This document shows positions 1 to 6,393 of a stretch of 10,971 nucleotides of DNA, one piece after another; position 1 is the first letter of the stretch, and each line of letters starts with the position of its first letter. This DNA is from an uncultured Myxococcales bacterium. GTDB lineage: Bacteria > Myxococcota > UBA4151. The stretch is from contig CAXGWI010000118.1 in assembly GCA_964013405.1 (NCBI GenBank), positions 1 to 10,971 of the forward strand, read 5' to 3'. The position numbers were made by a program, and so were the translations under genes. Under the pieces are notes generated by a model. It did not search any database, was not told the DNA's origin, and saw nothing but the letters and a program-made list of their open reading frames with translations.

Positions 1-1
1 C

Positions 2-190
2 CTGATGCCCTACCTGCCCATCATCATCGTCTTTGCCCAAAAGTATGACCGTAAAGCCGGCATCGGCACCATCCTTGCGGCCATGCTCCCCTACTCCATC
101 GCCTTCCTCATCGGCTGGACCATCATGTTGCTGGTTTGGGTCTACGCTGGCATCCCATTAGGCCCGGGCGCCACGGCGACCTACGGCTAA
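2..190 (+). CDS. abgT: AbgT family transporter (p-aminobenzoyl-glutamate transporter / YdaH-MtrF family), C-terminal fragment; 5' end outside the window
   Basis: The frame is open from base 2 (CTG ATG CCC...) to TAA at 188-190. The translation LMPYLPIIIVFAQKYDRKAGIGTILAAMLPYSIAFLIGW...GIPLGPG matches the characteristic AbgT C-terminus (MPY...KY...GIGT...MLPYS...W...GxPLGPG). Confidence 0.9.
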   Translation: MMPYLPIIIVFAQKYDRKAGIGTILAAMLPYSIAFLIGWTIMLLVWVYAGIPLGPGATATYG

Positions 191-213
191 AGCCAGGGCT
201 AAGAAATTTCACG

Positions 214-229
214 CCCTCACCGGTGAGGG
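214..229. repeat. Perfect 16-bp palindrome CCCTCACCGGTGAGGG in the abgT-TPR intergenic region (hairpin, weak terminator or operator)
   Basis: CCCTCACC (214-221) is the exact reverse complement of GGTGAGGG (222-229). It is flanked by AAAT (204-207) and ATTT (231-234). There is no long U-tract, so the function is unresolved. Confidence 0.55.
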
Positions 230-289
230 GATTTGGCTTCATGGGGGAGAAAGGTTAAGGGATTCCCGCCCCTGGCTGGGAACACTATT

Positions 290-2239
290 TTGTCGAAAGA
301 CCGAAACGAACTCGTCGAGAACGCCGCGAAACTGGTCCAAAAAGGACAGTTCGATAAGGCTGTTGCAATCTACCAGCAATTGATTGGCGAGGATCCGAGC
401 GACTATCGAACCCAGCACAAACTCGCCGACCTTCTGGCTCGCATGGGTAGGGTGGCTGAGAGCGTCCAGGCCTACCTGCGTGTCGCCGAGTACCACACCC
501 GGCTCGGATTTCTGCCTCAAGCGGTTGCCGTCTACAAACAGGCCTTACGACTCGACTCCAGTCGCCCGGAAGTCCACGAACGATTGGGCGACCTCTACCT
601 CAGTCTTGAGTTGATGGCCGAGGCTGTCAGCAGCTTGACCAGCGCTGCGCTGGGCCATCAGAAGGCCGGAGATTACGACGAGGCCGTCGCCATCCTGAAG
701 CGCCTGGTTGAAGTCGCCCCCCAGAACCTGTCTGGGCGCCTCCGTTACGCCGATGCGCTCTTTAAGGCCGGTCGAAGAAGCGAAAGTGTCGCTGCCTTCC
801 TCGAAGCCTCAGACTGGCTCTGGGAGCAAAAGCGACTCACCGAATTCATCCGCGTCTCGGAGCGGGTGCTCAGCCTCGATCGTCGTCGCCACGGTGTGGC
901 CAGACGCTTGGCGGAAGCCCACCTGCATCAAGGACAACCCCGACTCACACTCAAGGTCCTTCAGGGGCTCTTCTCCGCCGACCCGACCCATACCGGCACC
1001 CTTCGGATCATGGCCAAAGCCTTCCTCGACCTCGAGAAGCCAGCCAAAGCCCTTCAGGTCCTTCGTGAATGCGGCCGCTTGCTGTCCCAAGCCGGGGATC
1101 CGGCCGCCCAGGAGGTCTATCAACAGGTCCTTGAGTTAGCACCTGGCGACCGACAGGCGATCGATGCCCTCAACCTGCGGCCCGAAAATACCGATGAGCG
1201 ACCGGCCCTGAGGACGAGCCCCGAACCGATGGAGCCGGTCCCCCACGAAGCGACCGGACTCTTCCGGCGCAATGAAGTCACCCAGGTGAACCGGCTGGTC
1301 GCTGAGGCTGAGAGTTTCCTTAAGCTCCGACTGTACAGCCAGGCCCGCGATTGCTTGATCCGAGCGGTCCAAGGCCGCCCAACCGATGTCCTGCTCCGGG
1401 AGCAACTCTACGACATCTACCTCGAACTCGATGACAAGAGCGGTGCCGTCCGACAGCTTCTAACCATGATCGCCGAGGCCCATGCCCAAGGCCTTTCCAT
1501 CCTCGAAAAGCGTTACCGAGAGATCCTGGTGAGCCTGGGTGAGAGTGTGGTCACCCAGGCGGGCATCCAAGACGAAGGCGAAGATCTCGAAGAACTCCTG
1601 CAGAAAGCCACCGGGGAGTTGGACAACGATGATGACTTCAACTTTTCCATGACGATGGATCCCGTGCAGGCGATTATTTCGGATGCAGATCGAGCCTTGG
1701 ACCAGGGCCTTCACCAGCAAGCGAAAGGGCTCATCGAAGATGGCCTGACGCTCTACCCCGACAACCAGAGCCTGCTTCAAAAGCGCAGCGAGTTGGGCGG
1801 TCGAGGGTCAACATCAGAACCTTCAGGTCAACGGGTTCCCCAACTCCCCAACGGCGTCCCGAGTCACTTGGACCCGATAAGGGATATGATCAACAATGGC
1901 AGCCCGGATCAGGCGATCGAAGCCTTGCGAGAACTCGTTGAAAAGGTCGCACCGGGGCAAACCGCCGCCCATTACTTGGCAGCTGTTGCGCTGCTGGACA
2001 TGAAACAATCCAGCCGAGGCATCGCTTTCTTGAAACGAGCCATGCATGGAGAAGATATCCAAGAAGAGCTTCGAACGATGATTCTCTACGAACTGGGTCA
2101 GGCCTATGGCGAGATCGGTGACCATGACGAAGCCGTGTACTATTTGAAGAAGGTAAAGCACACGACGCCCGAGTATCGGCGGGTCGATGAACTCCTCAAG
2201 CGTTCCGAGGCCCAAAAGGAGAACGAGAGTTCACCTTGA
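290..2239 (+). CDS. Tetratricopeptide-repeat protein, SgmX-like (type IV pilus / MglA effector family)
   Basis: The ORF runs 233-2239. TTG at 290 (M-SKDRNELVENAAKLVQKGQFDKAVAIYQQLI) is the preferred start because it matches the N-terminus I recall for myxobacterial SgmX-type proteins. Many TPR helices follow (GFLPQAVAVYKQALRLD, RLGDLYLSLELMAEAV, TLKVLQGLFSADP), then an acidic linker (EGEDLEELL...DNDDDF) and a C-terminal TPR cluster (LYELGQAYGEIGDHDEAVYYLKKV...YRRV). The TPR call is firm; SgmX orthology and the exact start are inferred. Confidence 0.8.
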   Translation: MSKDRNELVENAAKLVQKGQFDKAVAIYQQLIGEDPSDYRTQHKLADLLARMGRVAESVQAYLRVAEYHTRLGFLPQAVAVYKQALRLDSSRPEVHERLGDLYLSLELMAEAVSSLTSAALGHQKAGDYDEAVAILKRLVEVAPQNLSGRLRYADALFKAGRRSESVAAFLEASDWLWEQKRLTEFIRVSERVLSLDRRRHGVARRLAEAHLHQGQPRLTLKVLQGLFSADPTHTGTLRIMAKAFLDLEKPAKALQVLRECGRLLSQAGDPAAQEVYQQVLELAPGDRQAIDALNLRPENTDERPALRTSPEPMEPVPHEATGLFRRNEVTQVNRLVAEAESFLKLRLYSQARDCLIRAVQGRPTDVLLREQLYDIYLELDDKSGAVRQLLTMIAEAHAQGLSILEKRYREILVSLGESVVTQAGIQDEGEDLEELLQKATGELDNDDDFNFSMTMDPVQAIISDADRALDQGLHQQAKGLIEDGLTLYPDNQSLLQKRSELGGRGSTSEPSGQRVPQLPNGVPSHLDPIRDMINNGSPDQAIEALRELVEKVAPGQTAAHYLAAVALLDMKQSSRGIAFLKRAMHGEDIQEELRTMILYELGQAYGEIGDHDEAVYYLKKVKHTTPEYRRVDELLKRSEAQKENESSP

Positions 2240-2274
2240 TTTCCAAGGCCCTCGGGGGCAGGGAGACCTCGTAA

Positions 2275-2350
2275 GCGGGACTAACTCAGCTGGTAGAGTG
2301 CCAGCTTCCCAAGCTGGATGTCGCGGGTTCGAGTCCCGTGTCCCGCTCCA
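2275..2350 (+). tRNA. tRNA-Gly (anticodon CCC), 76 nt with encoded CCA
   Basis: Complete cloverleaf: acceptor stem GCGGGAC/GTCCCGC, D-arm ACTC-AGCTGGTA-GAGT, anticodon arm CCAGC-TTCCCAA-GCTGG, T-arm GCGGG-TTCGAGT-CCCGT, discriminator U73 and CCA at 2348-2350. Confidence 0.98.
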
Positions 2351-2375
2351 GGCGACCCTTCGGGGTCGCCTTTTT
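2351..2375 (+). terminator. Rho-independent terminator directly after tRNA-Gly
   Basis: 8-bp stem GGCGACCC/GGGTCGCC closed by a C(UUCG)G tetraloop and followed by TTTTT at 2371-2375. Confidence 0.92.
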
Positions 2376-2393
2376 CACCCGGGAGGGCTTAAC

Positions 2394-3533
2394 GTGCGCC
2401 GATTCCCAGTTCTTGTCCTGATCCTCCTCATTGGGGCCTGCGTTGAAGAAGCAGTGGTTCCCTTGGAGGCGGTCCCTGCTGGGGGTCGAAGTGTGCGAAT
2501 TGCCGAAGGCCACGACGGGAAGACCATCTGGGATCCAAAGAATGGCTGGTGGCCGCGGGTCGCCGTCGGCCCAGACGGTACGATTCATGTGGCCTGGTGC
2601 AACGCCCATATCGGTCGGGTGATGTATGCTCGGCGTCAACAGGATGACAGTTGGGCCACGGAAACACTCGACGCCAGCGGTGGTGCCGGTCGCTATCTAG
2701 CCATGGCCCTTGATCCAAAGGGCCAACCGGTCCTGAGCTACCAAGTCCAAGATAAAGGTGTCTTTCGCTTGCTACGGCGGGAAGGCGAGGCCTGGAAAAA
2801 AGAGCGTATCAATAAGCGAGATGGCTCAGGGCGCTCCACCCAGTTCGCTTTTGACGACAAAGGGGGAACCCATCTGGTCTACTACGATGCGGACCGAGGG
2901 TTCTGGCATAGCCACCGCGATAAGCAGGGACTCTGGAGTCACGAAGTCATCGAGAAAACGGTCCAAGGCAACCACCTCTCAAGGCCTGCTTTTCACCGCT
3001 TCGAGGATGGTCGCCTGTTGGTTTACTTTGCCGACAATCGATACACACAAACGCACATGATGAAAGCGGAACGGGCCGCGGGCAAGACCACGTGGGAGGT
3101 CAAACGTGTGGCTGAGGACTTCGGCCCTGGTTTCCAGATCGGATTTGCAGGTCCGACCGCCAACCCGACGAGCGAACTCCTTTTTACCATCACGGGCAAA
3201 CAGAGCCTGGCGAGAGCCAAAGCCGATGCGTTGGATCAAGGGAAGGTCTTCCTGAAAAAGGTGAGCTCGATGGTCCTTCGGCGAGACCCTAAGGGGCGCA
3301 TCGTCCTCTTTGGCAGCGGAGGACGGATAGACCAAAAAGATCTGGGCCAGCGCCTGTATTTGGTGCGTTTCGATCCACGCAAGGGGCGCCTACGCCATTT
3401 CCGACTGGGCATGCCCTTCGGTGCGATGCACCTCGACCAAGCTGTGGCCCAGGACGGTACCGTTTGGTCGGTTTACACCGCTGACCAGGACGGCAGCCTC
3501 TTCGTCCATCAACTGCCCCCATTTAAGGAATAG
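2394..3533 (+). CDS. Putative lipoprotein, probable beta-propeller fold (379 aa), function unknown
   Basis: GTG at 2394 is in frame with the listed 2187-3533 ORF and has a Shine-Dalgarno GGAGG at 2382-2386. The N-terminus MRRFPVLVLILLIGAC is a signal peptide with a lipobox. Blade-like repeats recur: VAVGPDGTIHVAW...WATETLD, LAMALDPKGQPVLSY...WKKERIN, FAFDDKGGTHLVYY...WSHEVIE, FHRFEDGRLLVYF...WEVKRVA and QAVAQDGTVWSVY. Confidence 0.8.
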   Translation: MRRFPVLVLILLIGACVEEAVVPLEAVPAGGRSVRIAEGHDGKTIWDPKNGWWPRVAVGPDGTIHVAWCNAHIGRVMYARRQQDDSWATETLDASGGAGRYLAMALDPKGQPVLSYQVQDKGVFRLLRREGEAWKKERINKRDGSGRSTQFAFDDKGGTHLVYYDADRGFWHSHRDKQGLWSHEVIEKTVQGNHLSRPAFHRFEDGRLLVYFADNRYTQTHMMKAERAAGKTTWEVKRVAEDFGPGFQIGFAGPTANPTSELLFTITGKQSLARAKADALDQGKVFLKKVSSMVLRRDPKGRIVLFGSGGRIDQKDLGQRLYLVRFDPRKGRLRHFRLGMPFGAMHLDQAVAQDGTVWSVYTADQDGSLFVHQLPPFKE

Positions 3534-3542
3534 GTAACGGCA

Positions 3543-3585
3543 CTGCCCAGAGGCTCGTTCCCGGGCTATACTCAACCTGGGAGGG
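3543..3585 (+). promoter_or_regulatory. Putative sigma70-type promoter and ribosome-binding site for the TonB-family gene
   Basis: A -10 box TATACT lies at 3567-3572 (GCTATACT) in a 58-bp intergenic gap. The -35 candidate is weak (CTGCCC, 3543-3548). Shine-Dalgarno GGGAGGG at 3579-3585 sits 6 nt before GTG 3592. Confidence 0.5.
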
Positions 3586-3591
3586 ACGACT

Positions 3592-4437
3592 GTGAGCGAC
3601 CGGAGCCGGTTCTTTTGCGCCCTCTCGCTCAGTGCATTGGTGCTGCTCATCGCGAATCTCCTCGTGCCACCGCCTGCCCTGCATCCAAACCCTGAAGCGC
3701 CCCTGGTCGTTGAATTGGTCCACGATGACCTGCGGCCACCGGAACAGGAACTCCCATTCGTGCCCCAACAGGTGCCCGACCGGGACTCAATGGCTCCAGA
3801 GAAGGCCACGGTCGCAGACGCCTTTAACCGCCGCGTCGAACGGGAAACGATGGCCCGGCGGACAGCGGTGGCCCCCAAACGCCCCAGCCCGGCGCAACCA
3901 GCAAAGCCTGGAGGCCCATCGAATGCGCCGCTCCCCAGCCTCGACCTGGGACTGTTCAACCGACAACTCGATCTGGATCTCGACTTTCTTGCATCCCCCA
4001 CAACCCCTCGACTTCAAGGGGGCCCCCAGGTGGCCAACCTCGAGATCGAGGAGGGGGAAGAGACTTGGCTAAACAGCCAGCGTATCCGCCATGGCGGCTT
4101 CTTCAGGCGACTCCACCAAAGCGTGGCTCGGCATTGGGATCCAAATACGGTCATGCGTCAAAGAGACCCGACGGGCATGCTCTACGGCAGCGAGGATCGA
4201 GTCACAGTCCTCCATCTGCGACTTGAGGCTGACGGTGGCTTGGCCGAAAAACCCCGGATCATCCGGCCCAGCGGACTGGGTATGTTGGACCGGGAAGCGG
4301 TCCGGGCAGTGGTTGCCGCTGCGCCCTTTCCCAATCCCCCATCTGAACTTGTCAGCGAGGGGATAATTGACCTCGGCCGGTTTAGCTTCTACCTCCAAAT
4401 CGAACGCGGAACTTACGGGTTCCGACCCGTACGCTAG
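3592..4437 (+). CDS. Energy transducer TonB family protein (TonB/TolA C-terminal domain), myxobacterial type
   Basis: Single N-terminal TM anchor (FFCALSLSALVLLIANLLV), Pro-rich linker (PKRPSPAQPAKPGGPSNAP) and a TonB/TolA C-domain (TWLNSQR...FFRRLHQSVARHWDP...RDPTG...VLHLRLEADG...RPSGLGMLDREAVRAVVAAAPFPNPP). Confidence 0.88.
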   Translation: MSDRSRFFCALSLSALVLLIANLLVPPPALHPNPEAPLVVELVHDDLRPPEQELPFVPQQVPDRDSMAPEKATVADAFNRRVERETMARRTAVAPKRPSPAQPAKPGGPSNAPLPSLDLGLFNRQLDLDLDFLASPTTPRLQGGPQVANLEIEEGEETWLNSQRIRHGGFFRRLHQSVARHWDPNTVMRQRDPTGMLYGSEDRVTVLHLRLEADGGLAEKPRIIRPSGLGMLDREAVRAVVAAAPFPNPPSELVSEGIIDLGRFSFYLQIERGTYGFRPVR

Positions 4438-4452
4438 GGGAAGGTCGAAGCC

Positions 4453-6393
4453 ATGGCCGAGCCAAAGGCCTTTGGGCGCTATCTACTCCTCGACCGTGTT
4501 GCTTACGGCGGCATGGCCGAGATCTATACTGCGAAGTCCTTTGGTGCCGATGGATTCGATCGGCTTTTGGCGATCAAGCGGGTCCTTCCCAGCGTGGCAG
4601 ATAACGATCAGTTCGTTGAAATGTTTCGTGACGAAGCCAAGATTACCCGTGCCCTCAATCACGGTAACATTGTCCAGGTTACCGACTTCGGGAAGATCGA
4701 GGGCTCCTACTATCTGGCGATGGAATACATCTCCGGCAAGGACCTCAAAGCCCTCTGGAACCACGCGGCAAAAAGCGGTGACCACCTCGACCTTCTGCTG
4801 GTGGCCTACATCGTCGCTAGCATTGCGGAAGGACTGAGCTACGCCCACAACGCCACAGACGCGACAGGAAAAGCCCTTGGCGTTATCCATCGAGATGTCA
4901 CACCGCAAAACGTCCTCGTCAGTTGGGACGGCGAGGTCAAACTCGTCGACTTTGGTATCGCCAAAGCTCGAGCGAAGAGCCTAAAAACCGAGGTTGGCGT
5001 TCTCAAGGGGAAGTTCGCCTACATGAGCCCCGAGCAGGTGCGCGGGCTGCCGCTGACGAAAAAGACCGACATCTTCTCCCTCGGGACAGTGCTCTACGAG
5101 TTGTTGACCAGCGAGCGGGCTTTCGACCAAGAAACGGACTACGCCATTATGGAGGCGGTACGGCGAGTCGATATCGTCAGCCCGGCTGCCCATAACCCTG
5201 AGGTCCCTGACGAACTCGTGCGGATCTGCTCAAAGGCGATGGCCTACTCGGAAGAGGAACGCTACCAAGACGGCGAACAGATGGCCCGTGACCTACGGGC
5301 CTGGATCAGTTCCACGGGCCGCAACGTCGGCCGATTGGAATTGGCTACGTTTCTCAAGGGGAGTTTCCCCGACGGATTCCGGGAGGAACGGGAGCGCCTG
5401 ACCCGCTATGCGCAAGTTCAGCCCGGCGCGCTCGACAGCGCCACTGAGAACGCGCCCATTCGTGAGGCAGGAACCAGTACCAAACGGGTCGCTGCTGTTC
5501 GACTGGGTGTGGCCACAGGCTCCCTTCCCAAAGTCCCCATGACCAGCACAGGTACACCGGCCATCGGGGGCACTCCGGTCCATGCGCAAGGGCCGAAGCC
5601 CCCCGGCCGGCGCTGGCTTCCTCTCCTCGTGTTCACCTTGGTCACCCTTATCACCGCCATGGTCGGTCACCGGGCCTACCAATGGTGGCAATCCCGGCCG
5701 GGACTTCTCGAAATCTCAACCCGACCGGCGGTGGTCCAAGTGTTCCTCAATGGGGTGTGGGCCGGCGACACGACCGCTGGTCCAGACGGTCGCGGCACCT
5801 TTTCTTCCCAACGCCCTCGAGGTGACCTCAAGGTGGTGCTTCGGGCCAAGGGTTACAAAGACAGTTCTGAGTCCATCACGCTCGTGGCCGGCGAGGTTTT
5901 CAAACTCGCTCCAGACCTGGCTCCTGATGTGCCCACACTTGGTCACCTCGATCTCGTGGTTCACCCCCCCCACGCCACCGTTATGCATGGAGAGCAGCCA
6001 CTTCTGCTCGAAGCGGGCCGGGGCCGTCTGAGTCTTGAAGAGGGCCGAACCGCCGAATTGAGGATTCGAGCCAACAACCACGAACCGCAGGTTTTGACCG
6101 TTGGTCCCGTCACACCCGGGGAGACTGTGGAGCAGGAAATCCGTCTCGCACTCACGCGCTGGCTACTCAAATTGCAGCCGACGCCACCGGACGCAAAAAT
6201 CGAAGCTCGCATCGGCAGCCGAATGGAACGAGGCGTTGGAGCCATGGACTTGCGGGGACTTCACCCAGGAGACACGGTTCGGGTGAAAGTCAGTGCCCGG
6301 CGGTGCAAGACACAGCGACTTCGTTTCCAATCCGACGGTCTCGAAACCGTGACCAAAAACGTCGAACTGCGCTGTCGCCGCAAGAAGCGATGA
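4453..6393 (+). CDS. Transmembrane Hanks-type Ser/Thr protein kinase with extracytoplasmic PEGA-like domains
   Basis: All catalytic motifs are present: AYGGMAEIY, LAIKR, alphaC Glu (FRDEAKI), HRDVTPQN, DFG, GKFAYMSPEQ, DIFSLG and ERYQ. A TM helix (WLPLLVFTLVTLITAMVG) lies at about 5614-5667. PEGA-like beta repeats follow (GLLEISTRPAVVQVFLNG...LRAKGYK; GHLDLVVHPPHATV...IRANNHEP; LKLQPTPPDAKI). Confidence 0.95.
   Translation: MAEPKAFGRYLLLDRVAYGGMAEIYTAKSFGADGFDRLLAIKRVLPSVADNDQFVEMFRDEAKITRALNHGNIVQVTDFGKIEGSYYLAMEYISGKDLKALWNHAAKSGDHLDLLLVAYIVASIAEGLSYAHNATDATGKALGVIHRDVTPQNVLVSWDGEVKLVDFGIAKARAKSLKTEVGVLKGKFAYMSPEQVRGLPLTKKTDIFSLGTVLYELLTSERAFDQETDYAIMEAVRRVDIVSPAAHNPEVPDELVRICSKAMAYSEEERYQDGEQMARDLRAWISSTGRNVGRLELATFLKGSFPDGFREERERLTRYAQVQPGALDSATENAPIREAGTSTKRVAAVRLGVATGSLPKVPMTSTGTPAIGGTPVHAQGPKPPGRRWLPLLVFTLVTLITAMVGHRAYQWWQSRPGLLEISTRPAVVQVFLNGVWAGDTTAGPDGRGTFSSQRPRGDLKVVLRAKGYKDSSESITLVAGEVFKLAPDLAPDVPTLGHLDLVVHPPHATVMHGEQPLLLEAGRGRLSLEEGRTAELRIRANNHEPQVLTVGPVTPGETVEQEIRLALTRWLLKLQPTPPDAKIEARIGSRMERGVGAMDLRGLHPGDTVRVKVSARRCKTQRLRFQSDGLETVTKNVELRCRRKKR

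Noticed and set aside
165..240. GCTAAAGCCAGGGCTAAG loosely resembles the c-di-GMP-I (GEMM) riboswitch junction
   Set aside because: The required upstream P2 stem with a GNRA loop is absent, and that stretch is AbgT coding sequence. An Rfam cmscan would settle it.
233..289. TTG 233 as the start of the TPR gene
   Set aside because: The upstream GAGGGG is only 2 nt away and lies largely inside the palindrome, and family resemblance begins at about codon 20. Disfavoured, not excluded.
2187..2393. N-terminal 69-codon extension of the 448-aa ORF
   Set aside because: It runs through the TPR gene end, the tRNA and the terminator. The signal peptide and Shine-Dalgarno place the real start at GTG 2394.
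2275..2400. tRNA-Gly as the integration site of a genomic island
   Set aside because: There is no integrase, I found no duplicated tRNA 3' end by eye, the native terminator abuts the CCA, and the downstream genes include housekeeping folD.
4495..4920. Kinase with non-canonical Gly-loop (AYGGMA) and catalytic loop (HRDVTPQN rather than HRDLKPxN) as a pseudokinase
   Set aside because: These variants are common in myxobacterial Hanks kinases, and the Lys, Glu, Asp, Asn and DFG residues are all intact.
6303..6389. ORF-finder start at 6303 for the lipoprotein
   Set aside because: It overlaps the kinase by 91 nt, and the lipoprotein signal peptide starts at ATG 6390 or 6396.
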